Notes under the pieces: generated by a model
The model's database searches: none
Told to the model about the DNA's origin: nothing
Seen by the model: only the letters and a program-made list of their open reading frames with translations
Made by a program: the position numbers and the translations under genes
Shown here: one piece after another, positions 24,973 through 32,810 of the stretch
Numbering within the stretch: position 1 is the first letter of the stretch
How the letters are laid out: each line of letters opens with the position of its first letter
IMG/VR virus record: IMGVR_UViG_3300032103_000002
Coordinates: 1-35,740 of that record
DNA from: a virus
Direction: 5' to 3' (one strand)
DNA: 35,740 nucleotides

Positions 24973-26916
24973 TTATCTATCATCCTCTGTCTCTGTAAAC
25001 TGCCATGTGATTGCATTACACATCCAGATAGTTCCAGGTGTTTCTACTGTATCACTCGCTAACTCAATGCTGTTAACACGGTGGGCGTTCTGGTTGATCT
25101 GTATCCAAGGATAATCAGTATTAGTTGCCAGTGCCTGTGCTGTAACCTGTTGTGGCTCTTGACCGACACTGTTAGCACCTTCTACGGTAACATTGACATT
25201 ACCGATCAGTTCTGGATTATCTACAGGATTGATCTCAACACCTTTCTGGTTCATGTTAACAATCTCTGGTAAGATACGATGCACTAATAGTTTGCCACTA
25301 TAATCTTTTAGCATCTTGATATTGTCTCTACGGAAACGGCTGTTAATATCCAAGTTGTTGATAAATGAATAACCTTGATCTTTCATAACCAATGGAGTTT
25401 CTTCTGCACCTTTGGCATAGACAATAGTTCGTGATGCTTTGTTAAACAACCAAGTGCTGGTCGCTTCATCATAATACCATACTGGACTTTCACATGCGAA
25501 TGTTGCTAGGCTAACATCTCTGGGAGCGTTCCAACAGTCTAGATCATAACGATAAGAAATCATCTTGTTAGGCACACCTTCGCTTGGACCTGTTGTAGCA
25601 GCATCCCAGTCTGGATAGTAAATCTCAATCTGGTTCTTCTCAGTGTTAGTCTCCATGTAAACACGATCAATGTAAACAGTGTTCAACTGGTCAAAGAACC
25701 AGTGACGAACACGCTGATTACCAATACCTTGGAATGTTTGTCCGTTGAATACCCAGATATCACGGGCATCAATACCATAGACCATATCATCAGTGTTTGC
25801 CCAGCAGTTGGTGTTCAATAGTCCGCGACCCTGGTTAAACAATCTAACACCCAAGATAGGTGCTGAAGTTGTTGAGTAGTTCATAGGTGTGAAGACAACC
25901 GTATCCCAGTATGATCCCAAGAACAAGTTACCGTTGCTTGGATATGCGTCAAGCAGTTCGCCTCGTAATGGCACTTCAAGTTGGTTAGCCACATTTAGAA
26001 CAGTAGGTTCCCAAGTTAGTGGTGCTTCGTTAAGACCAAACGCCTGTGACCATACAACGCTGATAGGATAGTGATAAACTACATCATTCAAATCTATAGC
26101 AGTAAGATTACCAGCAACCAAGATGTTACCAACGTTAGGCGTAGAATAGATACGCATGAAGCCTGCTGTCAATGACTTCCAGTTTGGGTTATAGTTCCAA
26201 GTGTATGCTGCTGAAACTGATCCTACCGTTCCAGATGGATAAGCAGCACCTGGCACTGCAAGATAATCAATAGTAGTTGTAGTGCTTGAGACAACTTCAT
26301 ATACACCGTTAAAGTAGGTGTTTACATCAGTAATCAAAATTCTATCACCAGCAACAAACGGTGCTGTATCATAACTGCCAGCAATCTGTATCTGCATGGT
26401 AGTTGGGTTTATGTTGATGATGTCTGTTATGTCTTGTGGTGGAATGTTGTTAGTATAGTTAACCAAGTTGGTGATAGTGCCATCAGGTAAAAAGAATGGT
26501 GCGTTGTAGCCATCATTGAAGATTGGCACAGTTCCGTTCCATGCATCAGTGATGTTGATGTTCTGGCTATACTGACTGCCATCGTAAGGTGCTGCTGGAG
26601 TAATGTTAGTCCAGCCTCCAGGTAGACCGTTGCTTGCCCACCATTCGCCTTCTTGGTTAGCCACGATGAACCAGTATTCACCACTATTTCTAAAACCACC
26701 AGTAATGTAAGTTGGGATACCTGGAACACTGGCTAGTATTTCTTCATCACCATTTACACTACGAATGCCACGAACATCTGTCTCCACGTTGATACCATCG
26801 TTATATTCGTTAGCACCCAATGCACTTGAAGGCACATCAGGAGTGAATGACATTTTCTGTAAAGGTATAATTACCTCGCTATAACTTTTTTTAATTGCTG
26901 GCATGGTGGTTTCCAA
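24973..26916 (-). CDS. Virion structural protein (647 aa), possibly tail tubular B / nozzle-like
   Basis: Size, beta-rich W/Y/N-rich composition and position ahead of the internal virion proteins, as with T7 gp11/12 preceding gp13-16. No direct motif proof. Confidence 0.35.
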   Translation of the reverse strand: METTMPAIKKSYSEVIIPLQKMSFTPDVPSSALGANEYNDGINVETDVRGIRSVNGDEEILASVPGIPTYITGGFRNSGEYWFIVANQEGEWWASNGLPGGWTNITPAAPYDGSQYSQNINITDAWNGTVPIFNDGYNAPFFLPDGTITNLVNYTNNIPPQDITDIININPTTMQIQIAGSYDTAPFVAGDRILITDVNTYFNGVYEVVSSTTTTIDYLAVPGAAYPSGTVGSVSAAYTWNYNPNWKSLTAGFMRIYSTPNVGNILVAGNLTAIDLNDVVYHYPISVVWSQAFGLNEAPLTWEPTVLNVANQLEVPLRGELLDAYPSNGNLFLGSYWDTVVFTPMNYSTTSAPILGVRLFNQGRGLLNTNCWANTDDMVYGIDARDIWVFNGQTFQGIGNQRVRHWFFDQLNTVYIDRVYMETNTEKNQIEIYYPDWDAATTGPSEGVPNKMISYRYDLDCWNAPRDVSLATFACESPVWYYDEATSTWLFNKASRTIVYAKGAEETPLVMKDQGYSFINNLDINSRFRRDNIKMLKDYSGKLLVHRILPEIVNMNQKGVEINPVDNPELIGNVNVTVEGANSVGQEPQQVTAQALATNTDYPWIQINQNAHRVNSIELASDTVETPGTIWMCNAITWQFTETEDDR

Positions 26917-26929
26917 TATAATCTAATAT

Positions 26930-27166
26930 TTATGGTTTTTCTACGGCTAATACATGATGCAGCCTGCCGATCTCAGGTGCGGACAAGAACAGTTCTTTCT
27001 TGGTCCAGCCCTGTTCGGGTATCCAAGTCTCGATCTTTACATGCCATTGCTCATTGTCAAGTTCATTGACTTCAACATTGACCTTGTAGTGTTCTTCATC
27101 TACGATGTTGCCTAAACCTGCTCGTGTTGGTGTGCGTCCAGGTGCTGGTGTGACAAACTTCTGCAT
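26930..27166 (-). CDS. Hypothetical protein (78 aa)
   Basis: ORF in operon context with a TAATG overlap to the upstream gene. Confidence 0.5.
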   Translation of the reverse strand: MQKFVTPAPGRTPTRAGLGNIVDEEHYKVNVEVNELDNEQWHVKIETWIPEQGWTKKELFLSAPEIGRLHHVLAVEKP

Positions 27167-27378
27167 TATTTGATTTCCTCTCTATCCAAGTCTGCTAACC
27201 ATTCGTGATAGACACTATCCCAAGCGTTGATAAAATGCTTCATGGCTGCTAAATCACCTTTCTCTAAGTGTTCTCTCATGACATGCAACAATCCTATGGC
27301 TGTTTGGTATTCTTGTCTTTTGCCTTCACGCTCAAATTTACCCATTTTCTTTTTCATTCTATTCTCCTTAACTTCCAA
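27166..27378 (-). CDS. Hypothetical protein (70 aa)
   Basis: ORF in operon context. Charged and helical. Confidence 0.5.
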   Translation of the reverse strand: MEVKENRMKKKMGKFEREGKRQEYQTAIGLLHVMREHLEKGDLAAMKHFINAWDSVYHEWLADLDREEIK

Positions 27379-27676
27379 AACTTACTTCAATGCTATTGCT
27401 ATCAGTATCATAGGATAGAAACTCAATGTATCTACCCCAATAGCCAGTTTGCTCATGCAACTCTTGACAGGCTTTAATTAAATCGTTGATGATTACTTCA
27501 TTATCTTCTACTCTGACCTGAGTGGTGCTGAAGTAATCATGGAATGGTAAGTCATTATCATCAATGTCCGCACGATAATCTAAACTGCTGACACTTAAAC
27601 GGAACTTGCCGTTGAGTGGGTCTATTGGACCGTTGACTTGAGTTGTTAAAACTTCAAAATCTGTTGCTTGTATCAT
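27368..27676 (-). CDS. Hypothetical acidic protein (102 aa)
   Basis: RBS AAAGGA upstream. First gene after the sigma70-like promoter at 27715-27743. Confidence 0.5.
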   Translation of the reverse strand: MIQATDFEVLTTQVNGPIDPLNGKFRLSVSSLDYRADIDDNDLPFHDYFSTTQVRVEDNEVIINDLIKACQELHEQTGYWGRYIEFLSYDTDSNSIEVSFGS

Positions 27677-27714
27677 ATTCTATCCTTTACTTGAAAATCT
27701 TTTTCTATGTGTGT

Positions 27715-27743
27715 ATAATACACTAATAAAAATACTTATGCAA
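27715..27743 (-). promoter_or_regulatory. Sigma70-like promoter, TTGCAT-17 nt-TATTAT
   Basis: The minus strand has TTGCAT (27743-27738), a 17-nt spacer and TATTAT (27720-27715), about 40 nt upstream of the ATG at 27676. The -35 overlaps the last codons of the 91-aa ORF. Confidence 0.5.
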
Positions 27744-28011
27744 TCTTAATTACGCCAAATTTGTTAGATTTGAACTGTCTGTTCAATTTCATAGCCAAAT
27801 TGACTGCATGAGCACGATGAGCATGACTCACTCTAGGATAGCGAACACGCTGCCCAGAGGTCGCCCAAAACTTTTCTCTCATGCTAATTGGTTTGCCATC
27901 ATAACTTAAAATCCAAATACCTTTACACTCTAATATTTCTATTACAGTATCATCTTCGCCGTAAGCGTATTTGTCTGCTGATATTATTACTGTTGCGTCT
28001 GGTCTAGCCAT
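27736..28011 (-). CDS. Hypothetical basic protein (91 aa)
   Basis: ORF in operon context. No motif recognised with confidence. Confidence 0.5.
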   Translation of the reverse strand: MARPDATVIISADKYAYGEDDTVIEILECKGIWILSYDGKPISMREKFWATSGQRVRYPRVSHAHRAHAVNLAMKLNRQFKSNKFGVIKIA

Positions 28012-28217
28012 TATAGTGGTATCCTTAGTTCATATATGTGGGTCTTTTGACCTTTGAGTGCTTTTAACATTTGATCGTGTTGTGCATCTTCTTTGCGAGT
28101 AAAATAACCTTGCCAATTCGCTGGTAAGGTTTCTGGGCTGTGTAGTGTTAGTGTCCCGCCAAAAAAGTTGCTGGCTGCACTGTTAACACTGGCTTGTCCA
28201 AATATACTTGTAAACAT
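28011..28217 (-). CDS. Hypothetical protein (68 aa)
   Basis: ORF in operon context. Confidence 0.45.
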   Translation of the reverse strand: MFTSIFGQASVNSAASNFFGGTLTLHSPETLPANWQGYFTRKEDAQHDQMLKALKGQKTHIYELRIPL

Positions 28218-28218
28218 G

Positions 28219-28368
28219 TTATTCTATCCTTTTTATAATCATTTCAATTATAACATCTGCCTCGTCATAATCATTGGCTTGTAGTCTATCTCGGATAGCC
28301 TCAATCTCAAAATCACTAGCAAATTCAGTTAATATCATTTCCAGTTCTTGTTCTGTAAGTTCTGTCAT
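28219..28368 (-). CDS. Small acidic ORF (49 aa), MTELTEQELEMILTEFASDFEIEAIRDRLQANDYDEADVIIEMIIKRIE
   Basis: Not in the track. Its ATG at 28368 makes an ATGA overlap with the stop of the upstream ORF. Its TAA is 1 nt from the next ATG, so it exactly fills an otherwise empty 150-nt gap. Confidence 0.55.
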   Translation of the reverse strand: MTELTEQELEMILTEFASDFEIEAIRDRLQANDYDEADVIIEMIIKRIE

Positions 28369-28571
28369 CTAAAGTGCCTCGCTGCTTCTGGATCAGTTAA
28401 GTTGGCTAACAACCACTGTTCTTGTTCAAACATCATCCAGTAGTATTCAAATTCATGATCGTAGCCAAAACCTTTAGCATACTCTCTGGTGAACAGTTTA
28501 ACCTGGTTTTGTTCATCCTCGTTTAACTCATCCCAGCGATATTGTGCTATTCTTCGTTCAATGTTCGCCAT
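28365..28571 (-). CDS. Hypothetical protein (68 aa from the ATG at 28571; the track start at 28586 is a TTG)
   Basis: First sizeable ORF downstream of the iteron hub. The start region is overlapped by a 24-codon ORF that has a strong SD. Confidence 0.5.
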   Translation of the reverse strand: MANIERRIAQYRWDELNEDEQNQVKLFTREYAKGFGYDHEFEYYWMMFEQEQWLLANLTDPEAARHFR

Positions 28572-28716
28572 TTGTTTTCCACTCAAATACTAATTCTTCA
28601 TCTCTGTGATTGTTTTCTAGTAAATTCTGCATGCTATTCTCCTTTGTTTGTTGTAGCACAAGTATTTAGCGTTAAGATCAGTTATACACATGCTAAACGC
28701 CCCTTGAGCGTGACGA

Positions 28717-28762
28717 ATGTTACCAGAAATGTTACCAGAACTACCCTAGGCTAGTTTACCAG
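28717..28762. repeat. Tandem 12-nt direct repeat ATGTTACCAGAA x2 (28717-28740) plus a third degenerate copy GTTTACCAGA (28753-28762)
   Basis: Read directly from gaATGTTACCAGAAATGTTACCAGAActaccctaggctaGTTTACCAGAt. Confidence 0.8.
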
Positions 28763-28768
28763 ATAACT

Positions 28769-28994
28769 GTTTACGTTTTCGTTGACTGTTTACGTTTTTT
28801 TAGGGCGTTTAAAAAAGTCCTACAGACAAAAATAAAAAACGCATTTTTTTTATTCTATATAATACTTTTTATTAAAAAAAACGTAAACACCGTAAACACC
28901 TAGGCAAAATCGCCATCCTAGGTATCTAGAATGCAGATTAGGTGTTTACGTTTTGCTTTTTGAAAACGTAAACAGTTTACGTTTTTTCGTAAAC
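28769..28994. promoter_or_regulatory. Iteron array with at least 8 copies of core GTTTACG/CGTAAAC (extended AAAACGTAAACA[C/G]) around an AT-rich core. Putative replication origin and/or operator cluster.
   Basis: GTTTACG at 28769, 28788, 28944 and 28975. CGTAAAC at 28882, 28891, 28967 and 28988. Perfect 23-nt palindrome AAAACGTAAAC-A-GTTTACGTTTT at 28963-28985. About 85 nt that are almost pure A/T at 28795-28881. The array lies directly downstream of the helicase gene. Confidence 0.6.
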
Positions 28995-29002
28995 ACCCCC
29001 GT

Positions 29003-29027
29003 AAAAAAGCCCCTTTCGGGGCTTTTT
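29003..29027 (-). terminator. Rho-independent terminator after the helicase gene (bidirectional shape)
   Basis: AAAAAAGCCCC-TTTC-GGGGCTTTTT. The stem is 29008-29013/29018-23 with U-runs on both strands, and it starts 2 nt after the stop codon at 29030. Confidence 0.8.
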
Positions 29028-29029
29028 CA

Positions 29030-30682
29030 TTATTTCCAAGTCCAATTCCATCGTCCGTTATCTTCTTGACCATAGCTATTATCACTGTCGTCTAAGTTTG
29101 TTTGCTGACCCATTCCTGTGTCTTTTCTCCAAACGGTTCGTTGCACACAAGTCTTGGTAACACGGTTAGTCCAAATCTTAGCCTTTTCCTGTAAAATAAT
29201 GTTATAACCACGATCTCTAACCAATCTCTCAATTTGCTCACGCATGGTCTTTTTACCTGGTAAAACTTCACCACGATTATATTCTCTAATCAATCGCTCT
29301 AACAGTTCTGCCCTGATGTAAGTAAACGTAGCATCTGTAAACACTTGTTCTACGGTTTCTAACCATCCGCCACGCTGCCTGTCAATCATCTTACGATATT
29401 CTTCACCGTGAACTGGTCGAACGGTCTTTACATCGCCATGGAGATTGACCATAGCGTTAATCCACTTTCCTACCTGCTCATGACTGCGTAACAAATTTTG
29501 TCCACTATCAGGACCATCACCTTCAATCCATTGTTTGATATCTTCCAGGCTCATAGTTTTGCCCTCTAACTCTTTAAAGTAGCGTTGACAAGTCTGGTAG
29601 ATATTCTTGGTAGTGGTAAAGATACTGTATCGGTTATCACTGCTGGTGCCACTAAGCGTAATACCGCCTGTAATTTCGTTACTGTAACTCATTACCAAAC
29701 TAGTATTGTCTGCCTCGTAAGGTGTTTGATACTTGGCTTCAACCATGATTTTTGGACTGCCTAAAAATGCCTTCATGCGTTCCACATCCACTTTGTCACG
29801 CTTGGTTTCGTTGACAACTACAATGGCTTTGCCAGCGATCACGCTATTAAACTTACCAGTCACATGGTCTGTGTTACAGTTGTCAGCCACATTGCCCATG
29901 AACAGGGTTTTTAAGAATGTGTTACTGATTAAACCTTTACCAGCACGACCATCTAAGTCTCGGATAAACAAGTTAGGCAAGAACGGGTTATCAGGGTGTA
30001 GGTATTTGCACCAAATAGTTTGCTGTAAAGGTATAAAAATTTCAGGATCACCCACTTCACTGCCACTGATGCTTTCAATTATAGCATCAAATATCCAGTG
30101 ATAATCTGTGCTGCCATCTTCAGCAGGCTGGCAGAAATTTCTGTTCATAATGTTCAAACAGCCAGGATGGTCCTGATAACTTTGAACGATCTTGGTAAAT
30201 GTTCTGCCCTGATCTACTAACATGCTGTTGAACTCTTTAAAACTGCTGTAATCTTCAAGTCCTTCGCCCATTCTGATGTAAACATCCAAGGCTCTAAAGT
30301 TAGTTAATAGGGCATCTTTCTTGATACTAACCCATGCACGGTTGCCATACTCGTCGGGTGTTATTGTTTGATAAAACCAAACTGAATTGCCAGTTGAACT
30401 TTGGTGGAAATTGTAAGTATCAATGATACGCTGAATTTCCTGTTCACTCTCGCTTTTGGTCTGTTTCTTGTTTTCTTCACGGGCTTGCTTACTAGCATCT
30501 TTAACCAATTGCTTGACTATAGTGCTACTGCTCAAATCGCCGTTTTTAACTTGTTCTATGCTTTTAACAATCTTGCCAATCTCAGCGGCAGTTGCACCAC
30601 TACGCATGGCTACATCACGCTTGTGTTCAAGTTGTTCTATAATGCTTTCGCGTAATTGTAATTCTCTTTCAACTTTATCCAT
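29030..30682 (-). CDS. SF3 (D5 / P4-alpha-like) replicative helicase (550 aa)
   Basis: P-loop-like RDLDGRAGKGLISNT, Walker B-like KAIVVVNETK and motif C-like VMSYSNE. It follows a prim-pol gene with an 8-nt overlap, giving a split primase-helicase arrangement. Confidence 0.65.
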   Translation of the reverse strand: MDKVERELQLRESIIEQLEHKRDVAMRSGATAAEIGKIVKSIEQVKNGDLSSSTIVKQLVKDASKQAREENKKQTKSESEQEIQRIIDTYNFHQSSTGNSVWFYQTITPDEYGNRAWVSIKKDALLTNFRALDVYIRMGEGLEDYSSFKEFNSMLVDQGRTFTKIVQSYQDHPGCLNIMNRNFCQPAEDGSTDYHWIFDAIIESISGSEVGDPEIFIPLQQTIWCKYLHPDNPFLPNLFIRDLDGRAGKGLISNTFLKTLFMGNVADNCNTDHVTGKFNSVIAGKAIVVVNETKRDKVDVERMKAFLGSPKIMVEAKYQTPYEADNTSLVMSYSNEITGGITLSGTSSDNRYSIFTTTKNIYQTCQRYFKELEGKTMSLEDIKQWIEGDGPDSGQNLLRSHEQVGKWINAMVNLHGDVKTVRPVHGEEYRKMIDRQRGGWLETVEQVFTDATFTYIRAELLERLIREYNRGEVLPGKKTMREQIERLVRDRGYNIILQEKAKIWTNRVTKTCVQRTVWRKDTGMGQQTNLDDSDNSYGQEDNGRWNWTWK

Positions 30683-31628
30683 GTTTTTTCCTTACCAATG
30701 CTTTTAATTGATCTATTGTCATGTTCTTTACACGGCTCTTGTCTTGTAATAGATCACGAACTAAATGTCTTAATGTTCCAGTGCCAGGACTCTTACCAGG
30801 GTTGTGCTGTCTTGCCAAGTTATAATACTCGTTACGTTTCTGTTCTGGATAAAACTCTTGCATAAGTTGAGCACCGACAGCAGGTCCAATAACTTTGTAT
30901 ACTGCCCAAGTAACACTAAGCCACATCTGGTAATCTAGTGTAAAATACTTAGTCTTTAGCAGAGTTAGTAACTCACGCACTTCATTGAACTCGTCTTCGG
31001 TAATGTCATTGATATCCTTAACAGGTATATCTAACTGCTCAACTTCTTTTTCAGGTTTCACATATGTTAACACAAACTCTAACAGTCTGTCAGGTATCTG
31101 CATCACCGAAACATCGCAAGGACTTCTATCCCAGCGATAATAAATGTCTGGGTTGATTAAACTATCAGGGTGTCTGCTTGGCGGCAATACACTTTGAAAG
31201 CCTGCATCCCAATTGCCCCATCTAAACTCTAGTTGTTGTGGTGCACCGTCATCACCCACTGGTCCAGTGATTGCAAACTTAGTAGGCATAACATGCCAGT
31301 ATTCTTCTGGGACTTGAAATGCCATCTGTGCTCTGCCATTTTTACCGCTGCTCCAAGTAACAGTGTCTATATCTTCAAATGGTATACCCACTTGATCTAA
31401 CCAACACTGCCATGTCCACGGACCATCAAAGTCAACAGCTAATACGCCATTACTGGCATCACCAAGTATCACGCCGATGTTGCCCGTCACAGGCACTTGA
31501 TCTAGTGTAAGTGGGTGACGCTGCCAATTTTTAACTCGTGGTCCTTTAGTCGGCTTGCCGCCAGCATCGGGTATTGCACAGAACCTCCAACCTTGTTGTT
31601 CAAGTATTTTTAGTTCTGCGGTGTTCAT
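30675..31628 (-). CDS. Prim-pol type (archaeo-eukaryotic primase superfamily) DNA primase/polymerase domain protein (317 aa)
   Basis: QQGWRFCAIPDAGGKPTKGPRVKNWQ...NIGVILGDASNGVLAVDFDG matches the layout of the bifunctional primase/polymerase N-terminal domain, including the DxD metal motif. Confidence 0.65.
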   Translation of the reverse strand: MNTAELKILEQQGWRFCAIPDAGGKPTKGPRVKNWQRHPLTLDQVPVTGNIGVILGDASNGVLAVDFDGPWTWQCWLDQVGIPFEDIDTVTWSSGKNGRAQMAFQVPEEYWHVMPTKFAITGPVGDDGAPQQLEFRWGNWDAGFQSVLPPSRHPDSLINPDIYYRWDRSPCDVSVMQIPDRLLEFVLTYVKPEKEVEQLDIPVKDINDITEDEFNEVRELLTLLKTKYFTLDYQMWLSVTWAVYKVIGPAVGAQLMQEFYPEQKRNEYYNLARQHNPGKSPGTGTLRHLVRDLLQDKSRVKNMTIDQLKALVRKKHG

Positions 31629-31810
31629 TTCTTTTGCTCCAATGCTACTGCTATTCTATCTAATGCCTTGGCGATATCTGCCAAATAATTACTATTACCT
31701 GCTATCTCGTCAATAGCAAGATATAAATCCGCTACTCGTCTAACCAAATCTTCGGCTACTGCTAATCCAGCATCAGGTTTTAGTTGTTCAGTTTTCTTTC
31801 TTGTTGCCAT
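31625..31810 (-). CDS. Hypothetical small helical protein (61 aa)
   Basis: ORF with an ATGA overlap to the primase gene. Confidence 0.45.
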   Translation of the reverse strand: MATRKKTEQLKPDAGLAVAEDLVRRVADLYLAIDEIAGNSNYLADIAKALDRIAVALEQKK

Positions 31811-32453
31811 TCATCATCCTTTCAGTTTCTATTCTAATCCGTTCTTGTCGCTCTGGATCACTGAGCATTGCATTATACTTACCTTCACGAGCCATACGTT
31901 TTTTTGCAGCATCTTCTGCCTTTTGTTGTCTTTGTTCGCTATCTTTCTTAAACCAGTCTATGATCTTTTGTGCTTGTGCAGTAGGTTCAGCAGTGCCAGA
32001 AAAGTCTCGCAAATAACTTCTGCGTTCTCGCTCTATCTGTAGTCTTTTGTTCTTAAATTCTTTTACATCTTTAGCAGTTGTTATACTACGATCTGCTAAC
32101 ATCTCATCTAAAAAATCACCAGCCTTCATATTACACAATGGCATACCGTCATAAAAAGTTATACCGTGTTCGATATTCTCACGAGCCTGTCTTAATATCC
32201 AGGCATACTCACTGGCTTCATCAGTGCTGACCCAAAGTTGTAGCGGCTTGAGATCATAGTCTATACCCTGCTCACGCAGACTTCTACACCAGCGATATTT
32301 CTCAGTGAGGTATTCAGCGTGGTTAGGGTTGACAGCGTTTGTTAAGTGTTCTTCTCGTCGGCGTTCTAAGTTATTACTATGCCCGACATAAAATACAATG
32401 TCTTGTTCGTCTACGGTAAAAAATAAACCGTAGATATGATGATGTTTATTCAC
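31788..32453 (-). CDS. GIY-YIG nuclease domain protein (221 aa), freestanding homing-endonuclease-like
   Basis: HHIYGLFF...IVFYVGHSNNLERRREEH...EASEYAWI...LCNMKAG corresponds to the GIY, YIG, conserved Arg, catalytic Glu and Asn elements. The C-terminal half is basic and helical. Confidence 0.7.
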   Translation of the reverse strand: MNKHHHIYGLFFTVDEQDIVFYVGHSNNLERRREEHLTNAVNPNHAEYLTEKYRWCRSLREQGIDYDLKPLQLWVSTDEASEYAWILRQARENIEHGITFYDGMPLCNMKAGDFLDEMLADRSITTAKDVKEFKNKRLQIERERRSYLRDFSGTAEPTAQAQKIIDWFKKDSEQRQQKAEDAAKKRMAREGKYNAMLSDPERQERIRIETERMMNGNKKEN

Positions 32454-32721
32454 GATTATCTACCAATTTTGCGTTATAGCCTGCTAACAAACTCATAGCC
32501 AAGTATTGTTCTGCTTCTTCCAGTTCATCGAAACTTTGAGTAACAGCATATGCAGGTCTTACTGGTGCTACCCAGTCAACAACATTGCGGTTGCGTATCA
32601 TATCCAGAATGTATAAAACTGGCATACTTACCTCAACGGTGTAATTATATATTTTGGTCTTACCGCGTTTCTTTAACGCTCGTAATATTTCTTTTGGATT
32701 GTAATTAGGGTCTTTGTCCAT
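32446..32721 (-). CDS. Hypothetical protein (91 aa), first gene of the early/replication operon
   Basis: ORF in operon context, preceded by a 350-nt non-coding region. Confidence 0.5.
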   Translation of the reverse strand: MDKDPNYNPKEILRALKKRGKTKIYNYTVEVSMPVLYILDMIRNRNVVDWVAPVRPAYAVTQSFDELEEAEQYLAMSLLAGYNAKLVDNRE

Positions 32722-32780
32722 ACTATTCTCTTATATGAGTTCTCAGGCTCACTGTTATTTATGCCTAAGACCTAGATACC

Positions 32781-32810
32781 AAAAAGCCCTGGACCTTGCG
32801 GACCAGGGCT
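32781..32810 (-). terminator. Hairpin with a U-run on the minus strand (second of two tandem terminator-like structures)
   Basis: The minus strand reads AGCCCTGGTCCGCAAGGTCCAGGGCT followed by TTTTTGG. Confidence 0.55.

Noticed and set aside
28858-28863. Perfect TATAAT on the plus strand in the AT-rich core as a plus-strand promoter
   Set aside because: There is no plus-strand gene downstream, since it would transcribe antisense to the helicase gene. There is also no acceptable -35. In a nearly pure A/T tract such hexamers arise by chance.
28717-29000. Repeat-rich non-coding region as a CRISPR array
   Set aside because: The repeat units are only 7-14 nt, occur in both orientations, have irregular and very short spacing, and lack spacer-sized unique inserts. 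There are no cas genes. An iteron/operator architecture fits better.
31788-32453. Integrase or lysogeny module
   Set aside because: The only recombination-like enzyme is a GIY-YIG nuclease, not a tyrosine or serine recombinase. I recognised no repressor/Cro pair or attP-like structure, so I make no claim about a temperate lifestyle.
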